Positions 7,928-17,343 of a stretch of DNA of 64,000 nucleotides are shown in pieces. The notes under the pieces were generated by a model that did no database searches, had not been told where the DNA came from, and was given only the letters and a program-made list of their open reading frames with translations. The DNA comes from Alphaproteobacteria bacterium (lineage in GTDB: Bacteria; Pseudomonadota; Alphaproteobacteria; Rhizobiales; Xanthobacteraceae), in NCBI GenBank assembly GCA_005884765.1, contig VAZV01000129.1, positions 17,687 to 81,686 of the forward strand, written 5' to 3'. How positions within the stretch are numbered: position 1 is the stretch's first letter; every line of letters begins with the position of its first letter. Position numbers and translations under genes: made by a program.

Positions 7928-8751
7928 GACCGGCCCGCGCCCGCGAGTTCGGCGCGAATCTCTTCGGCAAGGCGCAAGGTCATGTGCTTGCGCCACAAAG
8001 GCTTGCCATGGATGTCGTCGTGATAGTGGCTGTCAGGGATGTGATGTGTGATCGCTTGACGCAGCTCGCCGCCGCCCGGAATTCTTGGAAATGACAATTT
8101 GACGGGGCGCACCGTCGAGGCCGTCACCGTCAGCGACAGCGCGCCTTCGCTATCGATACTACCGATCAGAAGTGCTGCCGAGCGGCCGACTGGCGTCAAC
8201 GATATCTGGCGAAAGGCCGAGCGTCGCCGGAGCGCTACCAGCGGAATATCGATCTGACGCAGGAGATCGCCCGATGAGAGCACGTTACGCTGATTGCCGA
8301 TAATGAAGTCGGCGACGCTGACCTGCTGTTCGCTACCGTCGGCCTTCCAGATCGTGCAGACGCCATCGAACGCCGATGTGAGCGAGATCATCGGCCCTGC
8401 CGGCAGCGACATGCAGAGATTGCCGCCAACGGTCGCGGTCTTCCAGATTTTGAAGGACGCGAGGAACGCCCGGCAGCACTGATTGATCAGCGGCGCGGCG
8501 AGCCAGTCGGGTGGGCATGGCAGCGCATCGAGTTGCGCGATCGTGCAGGTCGCGGCGATCGTAAGCGTGGTGTCGCCGACCGTCAGTGCCGGCCATTTCA
8601 GATCCGTGATGTCGACAAGCCGCCTCAGATGAGCTTGCGGCTCCGAGAACAGCCAGGTTCCGCCCGCGAGCCAAGCATCGCCTGCCGTCCAAACGGGCAA
8701 TTGCTCCCGGGATCGGGGGTGGGCGACCGCGCTGATGGTGTTCAAATCCAT
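7924..8751 (-). CDS. FAD-binding subunit of a molybdopterin dehydrogenase (CoxM/XdhB-like)
   Basis: ~275 aa from MDLNTISAVAHP. It has a GGTWLF..ATVGGNL FAD-binding-5-type pattern and is translationally coupled to the FeS-Moco gene. Confidence 0.82.
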   Translation of the reverse strand: MDLNTISAVAHPRSREQLPVWTAGDAWLAGGTWLFSEPQAHLRRLVDITDLKWPALTVGDTTLTIAATCTIAQLDALPCPPDWLAAPLINQCCRAFLASFKIWKTATVGGNLCMSLPAGPMISLTSAFDGVCTIWKADGSEQQVSVADFIIGNQRNVLSSGDLLRQIDIPLVALRRRSAFRQISLTPVGRSAALLIGSIDSEGALSLTVTASTVRPVKLSFPRIPGGGELRQAITHHIPDSHYHDDIHGKPLWRKHMTLRLAEEIRAELAGAGRS

Positions 8752-8900
8752 GGATACGCCAGTACTTACAACAAGATGCATCTCATGTAAGACGTCTTGC
8801 AAGACCGGCGCCAGTTGTTCGACCGATCGGGCTGGTCCTTGAATTGCAGGAACGGCGGTGCGCGTCGTCTAGCAATCCCGTCTCCGGGAGAAGGTTTAGC

Positions 8901-10250
8901 ATGATGGACCGAAATCGGGCGATCTGGATCAAAGATCCCTTGGGCATTCTCGCCGATGGCGCGGAGCGTGGCATTGTCGTCCAGGACGGCAGGGTTGTCG
9001 AGCTGGTGCCGAGAGGCCGCCAGCCGACGACGTCGGCGGCGTTCTTCGAGGCGGGCGACCACGTCGTGCTGCCCGGGCTGATCAACACCCATCATCATTT
9101 CTATCAGACGCTGACGCGGGCGCTGCCAGCGGCAATGGACCGCGAATTGTTCCCGTGGCTGCAGGCGCTGTATCCGGTATGGGCGCGGCTAACGCCCGAG
9201 CGGCTCGAGCTCGGCGTCACGGTCGCGATGTCGGAATTGCTGCTCTCGGGCTGCACCACCACGACCGATCATCATTATGTTTTCCCGGCCGGGCTTGAGG
9301 ATGCCGTCGGCATCGAGGTCGCGGTCGCAAAGCGGCTCGGCATGCGGGTGCTCTTGACGCGCGGCTCGATGAACCGCTCGCAACGGGATGGCGGCCTGCC
9401 GCCGGACAGCGTGGTGCAGGATGAGGACACAATCCTCGCCGACAGCGAACGCGTGGTTGCCAAACATCACCAGCGCGGCGAGGATGCCATGGTGCAGATC
9501 GCGCTGGCGCCTTGTTCGCCATTTTCGGTGACGACGTCGTTGATGCGCGCGACCGCGGCGCTCGCGGACCGGCTCGACGTCCGCCTGCATACCCATCTGG
9601 CGGAAACCGAGGACGAGAACAAATTCTGCGAACAGACGCATGGCTGCCGGCCGCTCGACTATCTCGAGCAATGCGGCTGGCTCAATGCGCGGACCTGGCT
9701 CGCCCATGGCGTTCATTTCAACGCAACGGAGATGAAGCGGCTGGCCCAGGCCAAGACGACGATCAGTCACTGCGCCTATAGCAATCAGTTGTTGGCGTCC
9801 GGTTGCTGTCCGGTTTGCGACATGGAAGCGGCGGGGGTCGCGATAGGGCTCGGCGTCGACGGCTCGGCGTCGAACGATGGATCGAATCTGATGCAGGAGG
9901 TGCGCGCGGCATTTCTGCTGCAGCGGGCGCGTTATGGCGTCGGCAAGGTGAGCCACAAGGACGCGCTGCGCTGGGCGACCAGGGGATCGGCGGCGTGCAT
10001 CGGCCGGCCCGAGCTTGGCGAGATCGCGGTCGGCAAGCGAGCCGATCTCGCGCTGTTCAAGCTCGACGAACTGCGCTTCTCCGGACACGGCGACGCGCTG
10101 GCGGCGTTGGTCTTGTGCGGGGCGCATCGCGCCGACCGCGTCATGGTCGCCGGCAAATGGGTAGTCACCGATGGCGCAATCGAAGGTCTCGATATCGCAG
10201 ACCTGGTCCGGCGCCACAGCGCCGCCGCTCGCGCGATGCAGGCGGGATAG
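8901..10250 (+). CDS. 8-oxoguanine deaminase (amidohydrolase superfamily)
   Basis: MMDRNRAIWIKDPLGI..VVLPGLINTHHHFYQTLTRA..LFPWLQALYPVWARLTPE..LLLSGCTTTTDHHY closely follows the 8-oxoguanine deaminase pattern I recall from Pseudomonas. Confidence 0.82.
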   Translation: MMDRNRAIWIKDPLGILADGAERGIVVQDGRVVELVPRGRQPTTSAAFFEAGDHVVLPGLINTHHHFYQTLTRALPAAMDRELFPWLQALYPVWARLTPERLELGVTVAMSELLLSGCTTTTDHHYVFPAGLEDAVGIEVAVAKRLGMRVLLTRGSMNRSQRDGGLPPDSVVQDEDTILADSERVVAKHHQRGEDAMVQIALAPCSPFSVTTSLMRATAALADRLDVRLHTHLAETEDENKFCEQTHGCRPLDYLEQCGWLNARTWLAHGVHFNATEMKRLAQAKTTISHCAYSNQLLASGCCPVCDMEAAGVAIGLGVDGSASNDGSNLMQEVRAAFLLQRARYGVGKVSHKDALRWATRGSAACIGRPELGEIAVGKRADLALFKLDELRFSGHGDALAALVLCGAHRADRVMVAGKWVVTDGAIEGLDIADLVRRHSAAARAMQAG

Positions 10251-10263
10251 ACAGTCCGCCGCA

Positions 10264-10296
10264 ATAAAAAAGGTCCGGGCGTTGCCGCCCGGACCC
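10264..10296 (-). terminator. Rho-independent terminator of the first BMP ABC operon
   Basis: Stem GGTCCGGGCG / CGCCCGGACC with a 4-nt loop. The plus-strand A-run (10265-10271) is the T-tract on the minus strand. Confidence 0.7.
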
Positions 10297-10319
10297 GGTA
10301 GTCTCGGGAGTACCCGGCG

Positions 10320-11402
10320 TTACTTGCCGGGAATTTTGTCGTCGACGCCCTTGACGTAGAAGTTCATGCCGAGCACCTGACCGTCGTCGAGACGGGTGCC
10401 GCCCTTGCATTCGACTTCCTTGCCGTCCTGGCCGATGACGGGACACTTGAACGGAAACAGCTTGCCGTCGATGATGGCCCCTTCGGTGTCCATCGCCAGC
10501 TTCTTCACGTCGTCGGGCATGTTGGTGTAGGGCGCCATTACGACCATCTTCGATTTCAGCCCACCCCAGGTGTCTTCTTCCTTCCACTTGCCGTCGAGTT
10601 CCGCCTTGACGCGCGCGATGTAGTAGGGCGCCCAGTTATCCATGATGGAAGTGAGCTGTGTCTTCGGTCCGAACTTGATCATTTCGGAATCCTGGCCGAA
10701 CGCCAGCTTGCCGCGCTCTGATGCGACCTGCATCGCTGCCGGTGAGTCGGTATGTTGCATGATGATATCAGCGCCCTGATCGAGTAGCGCCTTGGCGGCG
10801 TCGGCCTCCTTGCCGGGGTCGAACCATGTGTTCACCCAGATGATCTTGACCTTGATGTTGGGATTGACCGTCTGCGCGCCGAGCATGGTGGCGTTGATGC
10901 CCATGATGACTTCCGGGATCGGGAACGAACCGATATAGCCGAGTACGCCGGCTTTCGACATTTTGCCGGCAATAACGCCCTGGATGTAACGGCCCTCGTA
11001 GAACCGGCCGTTATAGATGGACATGTTCTTGTCGTGCTTGAAGCCGGTAGCGTGCTCGAAATGCACGTTGGGATATTTCTTGGCGACCTTCAGCGTCGGA
11101 TCCATATAGCCGAACGAAGTCGTGAAGATCAGCTTGTTGCCGGCGCGCACGAGTTGCTCGATCGAGCGTTCCGCGTCGGGGCCTTCGCTGACGTTCTCAA
11201 GGTAGGTGGTCTCGATCTTGTCGCCGAATTCCTTCACCAGGGCCTGGCGCGCCAGCTCGTGCTGGTAAGTCCAGCCGAGGTCGCCGACTGGGCCAAGATA
11301 AATGAACCCGACCTTCAGCTTGTCGGCGGCCGAGGCGCCGCTCGCAAAGCTGCCGCCCAGCAGAAGCGCCGCGACGGCCGCAAGAAATCTTTTCCTCATC
11401 AT
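10320..11402 (-). CDS. BMP-family ABC transporter substrate-binding protein (purine/nucleoside type)
   Basis: Start trimmed to MMRKRFLAAVAALLLGGSFASGASA (signal peptide). KVGFIYLGPVGDLGWTYQH is typical of BMP/Med lipoprotein-family binders. Confidence 0.88.
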   Translation of the reverse strand: MMRKRFLAAVAALLLGGSFASGASAADKLKVGFIYLGPVGDLGWTYQHELARQALVKEFGDKIETTYLENVSEGPDAERSIEQLVRAGNKLIFTTSFGYMDPTLKVAKKYPNVHFEHATGFKHDKNMSIYNGRFYEGRYIQGVIAGKMSKAGVLGYIGSFPIPEVIMGINATMLGAQTVNPNIKVKIIWVNTWFDPGKEADAAKALLDQGADIIMQHTDSPAAMQVASERGKLAFGQDSEMIKFGPKTQLTSIMDNWAPYYIARVKAELDGKWKEEDTWGGLKSKMVVMAPYTNMPDDVKKLAMDTEGAIIDGKLFPFKCPVIGQDGKEVECKGGTRLDDGQVLGMNFYVKGVDDKIPGK

Positions 11403-11474
11403 CAGTCTCCAAAACAGTCGGGGGGAGCGACAATCCAGTACGCGGCGCCCCATCGCCACGCCCGGAATTCGAAA

Positions 11475-12392
11475 TCAGCGATCGGGCACGAATACGGTTC
11501 CGAGCGCTGCCGGCGCCGTCGAGCCGCCGGTTCTCGCGCGCGAAATCAGCACCAGAACGATTACGGTTGCGAGATAGGGCAGCGCCGACATGAACTGCGA
11601 CGGGATTCCAACTCCGGCGCCCTGCGCATGCAGCTGCAGGATGGTCACGGCGCCGAATAGATAGGCCCCGATCACGAGGCGCCCTGGCAGCCATGAGGCA
11701 AAAACCACCAGCGCCAATGCGATCCATCCGCGGCCGGCCGTCATGCCCGGGATGAAGAACGGCGTGTAGGCGAGCGGCAGGTAGGCGCCGGCGAGCCCGG
11801 CGCAAGCGCCGCCGAACATCACGGCGAACGTTCGGATCCGCAGCACGGGATACCCCAGCGCGTGCGCTGATACGTGGTTGTCGCCGCAGGCGCGCAAAAC
11901 CAGTCCCGGCCGCGTTCGATAAAGGAACCACCACACCGCAACGATCAGCGCCAGCGAGAGATAGATGAAAGGATCTTCGCCGAACAGGATGCGCCCAATC
12001 AGCGGAATATCGGTGAGGCCCGGAATATGAAGATGCGGAGCCGGCGTTATTCTCTCGCCGACGAAGCCGGCGCCGATCAGCCCGGATAGTCCGATGCCGA
12101 GGATCGTCAGCGCAAGACCGCTGGCAACCTGGTTGACAGCAAGGCCCAGCGTCATCATCGCGAAGATCAAGGACAGCAGCGCGCCGGCGATGATCCCGCA
12201 CAGCGCGCCGATGATGGTCGATCCGGAAAGCCAGGCGCCGCCGAACCCACAGGCCGCGCCGACGATCATCATGCCCTCGACACCGAGATTGAGCACGCCG
12301 GCACGCTCGGTCACCAATTCGCCGGTGGCGGCTATCAACAGCGGCGTCGATGCCGCCAGCACCGAAAGGATAATCGCCTCAACCAGTTCCAC
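11475..12392 (-). CDS. ABC transporter permease (BMP-type system)
   Basis: 305-aa polytopic hydrophobic ORF that overlaps the upstream permease by 14 nt. Confidence 0.88.
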   Translation of the reverse strand: MELVEAIILSVLAASTPLLIAATGELVTERAGVLNLGVEGMMIVGAACGFGGAWLSGSTIIGALCGIIAGALLSLIFAMMTLGLAVNQVASGLALTILGIGLSGLIGAGFVGERITPAPHLHIPGLTDIPLIGRILFGEDPFIYLSLALIVAVWWFLYRTRPGLVLRACGDNHVSAHALGYPVLRIRTFAVMFGGACAGLAGAYLPLAYTPFFIPGMTAGRGWIALALVVFASWLPGRLVIGAYLFGAVTILQLHAQGAGVGIPSQFMSALPYLATVIVLVLISRARTGGSTAPAALGTVFVPDR

Positions 12393-13470
12393 TGGACACC
12401 TGCCGTGACGCGAAAACGAGCCGGAAGCGGTAGAGGATGAGGGAATCGCAGGCGAGCACGTAGAACAGCAGGATGCCCTGAAACACCTTGGTGACGTCCA
12501 ACGGGATCTTCATTGCAATCTGGGCCTGCTCGCCGCCGATGAAGGTGAGTGCGAGGAACAGGCCTGCAATTAGTATTCCAATTGGGTTCAGCCGGCCCAG
12601 AAATGCGACGATGATCGCGGTAAAACCGTAGCCGGGCGAAATGCCGGGCTGCAGGTGCCCAACTGGCCCGGCAACTTCGATGATTCCGGCCAAGCCTGCG
12701 AGCGCGCCCGAGACAGCGAATGTCAGGAGGATCAACTGGTTGGCGTTAAATCCGCCGAACCGTGCCGCCCGCGGCGCGGCGCCGACGACGCGAATTTCGA
12801 ATCCCTTGATGGTGCGCCCCAACAGCACCGCCGCCGCGGCAACGATCAAGAGCGTGATGATGGCGCCGAGATGCAGACGGCCACCTTCGACCAAAATCGG
12901 CACGGTCGCGACCGGATCGAACTCGGCGGTGGTCGGGAAGTTGAAGCCCGCCGGGTCGCGCCATGGCCCACGCACGAGATAATCGAGCAGGAGGTCGGCG
13001 ACATAGACCAGCATCAGGCTGGTGAGGATTTCGCTGGCGCCGAACCGAACCTTGCATATCGCCGGTATCAGGGCATAGAGCGCGCCTGCGACGGCACCGA
13101 GCAGCAGCATCGCGGGCAGCACCCAAAAGCCCGCGTCGGTGCCTTGCGTCTTCACCGCGAGCCAGCTACCGGCGACGGCCCCGATCAGGAATTGTCCTTC
13201 GGCCCCGATATTCCAGGCGTTGGCGAGATAACACAGCGACAAGCCGATCGCGATCATCACCAGCGGGCTCGCCTTCACGGCGATTTCCTGCAGCGAATAA
13301 GCGTCGGTCAGGGGATCGATGAAGTAGACGATGAGCGCCGAAATCGGATTCTTGCCAAGGATGACGAACAGGATGCTCATGGTCACGATGGTGAGGCCGA
13401 TCGCGATCAACGGCGAAACCAGCGCAATCGTGTTCGATCGCTCGGCGCGCTTCTCAAGCACCAACTGCAT
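12379..13470 (-). CDS. ABC transporter permease (BMP-type system)
   Basis: 363-aa polytopic ORF that overlaps the ATPase gene end by 17 nt. Confidence 0.88.
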   Translation of the reverse strand: MQLVLEKRAERSNTIALVSPLIAIGLTIVTMSILFVILGKNPISALIVYFIDPLTDAYSLQEIAVKASPLVMIAIGLSLCYLANAWNIGAEGQFLIGAVAGSWLAVKTQGTDAGFWVLPAMLLLGAVAGALYALIPAICKVRFGASEILTSLMLVYVADLLLDYLVRGPWRDPAGFNFPTTAEFDPVATVPILVEGGRLHLGAIITLLIVAAAAVLLGRTIKGFEIRVVGAAPRAARFGGFNANQLILLTFAVSGALAGLAGIIEVAGPVGHLQPGISPGYGFTAIIVAFLGRLNPIGILIAGLFLALTFIGGEQAQIAMKIPLDVTKVFQGILLFYVLACDSLILYRFRLVFASRQVSSGTG

Positions 13471-15022
13471 GCGCCGCTTCCCTTTCGTCCAGGCTGCTTC
13501 CGCCCATCAGCAGGCCAAGCTTTTCGCGGCTGGCTTCGCTGGTGGCGAGCGGCTGCGAAAGTCGGCCATGAAACATCACCGCGATCCGGTCGGTGATTTC
13601 GGCGAGCTCGTCGAGGTCCTGGCTGGTGACGAGCACGGCGGCGCCTGCGGCCGCGAGATCAAGCACTGCCTGGCGGATGACGGCGGCTGCGCCCGCATCA
13701 ACGCCCCAGGTCGGCTGGCTGACAACGAGCACGGCGGGATTTCGAAGAATCTCGCGGCCGACGATGAACTTCTGCAAATTGCCGCCCGACAGGCTCGCAG
13801 CTTCCGGATCGCGTTTGGCCTTGCGTACGTCGAAAGCCTCTGTGGCGCGGTCAACCGTCTTTAGCGTCGCCGTGGTGTTGATGAAGCCACGCTGCACCAT
13901 GCCGCTGGCGGCATGGCCGGTCAAAAGCGCGTTCTCGGAAAGCTTCATCCGCGGCGCGGTGCCATGGCCGAGCCGCTCTTCCGGCACGAACGCCGCGCCG
14001 AGCTTGCGCCGCTGCGTGATCGAAAGATGTCCGGCGGCGACGCCTTCGATCACCACCGTGCCAGGGTCCTGCGACAACCGCTCGCCGGAGAGCGCCGCGA
14101 ACAACTCGTCCTGCCCATTGCCGGCGACGCCGGCGATGCCCAGGATTTCGCCACCCTTCAATTCGAGCGAGATATGTTGCAGCCGCACGCCATGAGGATC
14201 GTCGGGCTCAAGGCTCAGATCGTTCACGACGAGGCGCGGCACCGTGATTTTGCGCTCGGCGCCAGCCCGGACTTCCTTGATCTCGGTGCCGACCATCATG
14301 CGCGCCAGCGAGCTAGCGGTTTCCGCCTTTGGGTTGCAGGTTGCGACCTTCTTGCCGAGACGCAGGATCGTTGCGGTGTCGCACAGCCGCTTCACTTCTT
14401 CCAGCTTGTGGCTGATGTAGAGGATCGCGCGGCCCTCTGCCTTCAGGCGATCCAGCACGATGAAGAGCTGATCGGCCTCCTGCGGGGTCAATACCGCGGT
14501 CGGCTCGTCAAGGATCAGGAATTTGGGATCCTGCATCAGCGCGCGAACGATTTCGATGCGCTGCCGCTCGCCTACCGATAGTTGCCAGACCTCGCGTTTT
14601 GGGTCGAGCGGAAGCCCATAAACATTGGATACCTGCTCGAGGCGCGCCGACATGTCCTTGAACGTCTCCTTGCCGTCGAGACCGAGCGCGACGTTCTCGG
14701 CGACGGTAAGATTGTCGAACAGCGAGAAATGCTGGAACACCATGCCAATGCCGCGGCTGCGGGCTTCCGATGGTCCGGACAGGATCATCCTCTTGCCTTG
14801 CCAGAGCATCTCGCCTTCGCTCGGTTGAATGAGGCCATAGATGGTTTTGACCAGCGTCGATTTTCCGGCGCCATTCTCGCCGAGGAGGGCGTGTATCTGC
14901 CGTGGCCAGATCTCGATATCGACGCGGTCATTGGCGAGGAAGTCGCCATAGCGCTTGGTCAGGCCAACCGTCTGAAGCAGCGGCGTTTCGGTGGAATGCA
15001 GGTCAGGCGCCGAATTTAGCAT
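13454..15022 (-). CDS. ABC transporter ATP-binding protein with duplicated ATPase domains
   Basis: Walker [10 protein letters not shown], signature LSVGERQR, Walker B LILDEPT, and a second-half signature LSGGNLQK. Confidence 0.92.
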   Translation of the reverse strand: MLNSAPDLHSTETPLLQTVGLTKRYGDFLANDRVDIEIWPRQIHALLGENGAGKSTLVKTIYGLIQPSEGEMLWQGKRMILSGPSEARSRGIGMVFQHFSLFDNLTVAENVALGLDGKETFKDMSARLEQVSNVYGLPLDPKREVWQLSVGERQRIEIVRALMQDPKFLILDEPTAVLTPQEADQLFIVLDRLKAEGRAILYISHKLEEVKRLCDTATILRLGKKVATCNPKAETASSLARMMVGTEIKEVRAGAERKITVPRLVVNDLSLEPDDPHGVRLQHISLELKGGEILGIAGVAGNGQDELFAALSGERLSQDPGTVVIEGVAAGHLSITQRRKLGAAFVPEERLGHGTAPRMKLSENALLTGHAASGMVQRGFINTTATLKTVDRATEAFDVRKAKRDPEAASLSGGNLQKFIVGREILRNPAVLVVSQPTWGVDAGAAAVIRQAVLDLAAAGAAVLVTSQDLDELAEITDRIAVMFHGRLSQPLATSEASREKLGLLMGGSSLDEREAAHAVGA

Positions 15023-15613
15023 TCGCTGTCACGCACGCGGTGGAATGAGGTGCCTCAATTGTGGGCTAGTTTGGAGTTCGGCGTAAGTAGCCAAAAAGCG
15101 CCAGCCTTTGCCCAACGCTTGAGCAGGTGAGAACCCAAGCGATTCGGTTTGATCCTTCGGAAGCTCAGCCGACAGAGGATGACCAGGACGGGCCATGCGG
15201 TCGTCGGAGCGGTGTCTAGCTGTTGCAAAATTGTGACGGGTAAGACAATTCGGAACCTTCGCATGGCGCCTGACGCGAAGTTGAGCAGCATGGTTCCACG
15301 CAACGAGACCCAATCGGCATGCAGCCTTGCAACCTGCCCGTGAAGCCAGTTCTGCGTCGGATCGTCGCGGAAAGCCAATAAAAGTAGGCGCAACCCGCGC
15401 CGCCCCACCGCTCCGCAGCGTGCTCATCGTGCACGCAGCAGCCGTGCTCATCGGGCGTAACCCGCTGATACAGCGACTTTCTTGATGAAACTTGCGCCAT
15501 GCCCTGGGGAAAGTTGAGGCTTCTCACCTCACGGGAACAGCGCAACTGTCACATTCAAGGGCCTCGATCTGTCGCTCGGTAACTTTCAGCTCGGTAACTT
15601 GGGGGTATTCAGG

Positions 15614-16714
15614 ATGTCTTCTCGTGTTTCACTACTAGCAGCCGCCGCGATGTCGCTCGCGGCACTTGCTTCAACCGGCTCCGCCAGCGCCGCGGACCTA
15701 CCAGTCAAGGCCAAGCCGATCGCCGACCTGCCGTTCTTTCTCGTGATCGATGACCGGGTGACCTATTCATGGATGCCAAAGGGTACCGATCCCGGTGAAT
15801 TTAGCACCAGGCCGGATGGTTCGATCAACGGCAAGACCGCAAAGTCAGTCTATTCGTTCACCCATTTCGATGCTTGGGCCTACGGCACTAATTTCTTCAC
15901 CATCTCGATGTTCAAGTCGGATCACAACGATCCGGCCAACCCCTGCACTGCGCCGGGAGTGACCATTACTGGCGGCCCAGCAAATTGCGCGGGCGCAACC
16001 GAAATCTACGGCCTGATCCGCTCTACCTTCGGCTGGAACGAAATCTTCAACACCCACGCCTTCACGATGGGGCCTTTGCATAACATCTCGTTCGAGGTCG
16101 GCGCCGATGCCAATACGGAAAATAACTTCCTGACGCCGGCAAAACGCGACTTCGTCGCCGGTCTGCAGTTCGCTTTCGACCTTCCCTACAAGGGCTATTT
16201 CAATGTTGCGCCTTTGGCGTACAAAGAGATCAACCACAACGCCTTCAACCAGTGTGGTCTGTTTGGTCCGGGCGTTCCTGGCGTGACTTGCTCGGTTGAC
16301 GGCAACACCGATTTCAAGACCACTTGGGCGGTTGAGACCAATTACTACATGGATCTGGGCTTCCTGCCCGAGAACATGCAGTTCTTCTCGATCAGCGGTC
16401 GTGCAGCCTGGTATGGACCGAAAGGCGATTCGAACGGCCTGCCGGCGATCTCAGGTGTCGGTCGGTTCAGCAACGCCAGCAAGACTGAGTTCAACTCCGA
16501 ACCGATCCGTCTGACATTTGACGCCAGCAAGGCCTTCATGGGCCCGAAGTACTCGCACTTCGTTGACGTCTGGGTTGCCTACCGTTACTGGCAGAACAAA
16601 TTCGGCCTTGATCACAACGCCACACCCGGCGTCTGCACCATCGCGGCCACCGGCGCCAGCACCAATAGCTGCACCGAATCCACCGTCTACACCGGTATCA
16701 CCTTGAAGTTCTAA
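15614..16714 (+). CDS. Outer-membrane porin (Bradyrhizobiaceae porin family)
   Basis: Signal peptide MSSRVSLLAAAAMSLAALASTGSASA. The composition is aromatic and Gly-rich as in beta-strand proteins, and the C-terminus ends in F. Confidence 0.8.
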   Translation: MSSRVSLLAAAAMSLAALASTGSASAADLPVKAKPIADLPFFLVIDDRVTYSWMPKGTDPGEFSTRPDGSINGKTAKSVYSFTHFDAWAYGTNFFTISMFKSDHNDPANPCTAPGVTITGGPANCAGATEIYGLIRSTFGWNEIFNTHAFTMGPLHNISFEVGADANTENNFLTPAKRDFVAGLQFAFDLPYKGYFNVAPLAYKEINHNAFNQCGLFGPGVPGVTCSVDGNTDFKTTWAVETNYYMDLGFLPENMQFFSISGRAAWYGPKGDSNGLPAISGVGRFSNASKTEFNSEPIRLTFDASKAFMGPKYSHFVDVWVAYRYWQNKFGLDHNATPGVCTIAATGASTNSCTESTVYTGITLKF

Positions 16715-16742
16715 CCACCTGATTGTCTCCCAGGTGAAAAGC

Positions 16743-16784
16743 GATGGCGCCGCGATGAACCCCGCGGCGCCATCATCTTTTTTG
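16743..16784 (+). terminator. Rho-independent terminator after the porin gene
   Basis: 12-bp stem GATGGCGCCGCG / CGCGGCGCCATC followed by TTTTTT. Confidence 0.8.
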
Positions 16785-16797
16785 AGTTGAGCCGAAG

Positions 16798-17298
16798 CTA
16801 TTTGGTCCAGACGCCGGCGTGCAATGCTTCCGCCTCGTCCTCAAGCAACGGTCCTTTGACCTCGGTTGCCCGCTGACCGCTCTTGAAAACTTCGCGGCAG
16901 GGCAAATCGAGGGTGGGATTCTCCGGATGATTGCCGGTAACCACGCGCAACCGATGCTCGCTCAGGCCGTAGACCAGGCGGCCAATTCCCGCCCAATAGA
17001 TCGCGCCCGCGCACATCGCGCAGGGTTCGGCGGAGGAATAGAGCGTAGCCGTTTTGAGAACATCCGTGCTCAGCGTCGTGCAGGCCTGTGTCGCCAGCAA
17101 TCGCTCGGCGTGCGCGGTGCCGTCATGCGACGGCATGTAGCCGTTCTCGGCCTCAATCAGCACGGTACGATCCGCATCCACGAGAATAGCGCCAAACGGA
17201 TGATTGCCATGGCTTAGCGACCGGCGGGCGACCTCAAACGAGCGGCGCAGGAAATACGCGTCGAGCTCGGATGTGCTCATCTTCGAAAGATCGTTCAT
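16798..17298 (-). CDS. CDA-fold nucleoside/guanine deaminase
   Basis: Zinc motifs HAE (..TAHAERLL) and PCAMCAGAIYWAGI. Start taken at MNDLSKM. Confidence 0.82.
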   Translation of the reverse strand: MNDLSKMSTSELDAYFLRRSFEVARRSLSHGNHPFGAILVDADRTVLIEAENGYMPSHDGTAHAERLLATQACTTLSTDVLKTATLYSSAEPCAMCAGAIYWAGIGRLVYGLSEHRLRVVTGNHPENPTLDLPCREVFKSGQRATEVKGPLLEDEAEALHAGVWTK

Positions 17299-17343
17299 GA
17301 CCGCCATCATGCAGACCGCGGATGCGGCATGCAAGGACGCCTG

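Noticed and set aside
5198-7996. 5' extensions of many track ORFs (for example 5198-7996, 3039-4022, 40251-42587, 50482-53103, 32873-33922, 57683-58756)
   Set aside because: The extensions overlap upstream genes and lack homology. Internal starts give proper signal peptides, SD spacing or ATGA/GTGA coupling, so the starts were trimmed.
9189-10217. 342-aa minus-strand ORF inside the 8-oxoguanine deaminase gene
   Set aside because: Low-complexity Arg/Ala/Pro translation with no start context. The plus-strand frame has strong amidohydrolase motifs.
15029-15451. 140-aa and 117-aa minus-strand ORFs in the gap between the ABC operon and the porin
   Set aside because: No SD, no recognisable domain and atypical composition. 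I treat the region as non-coding leader, as described in the finding.
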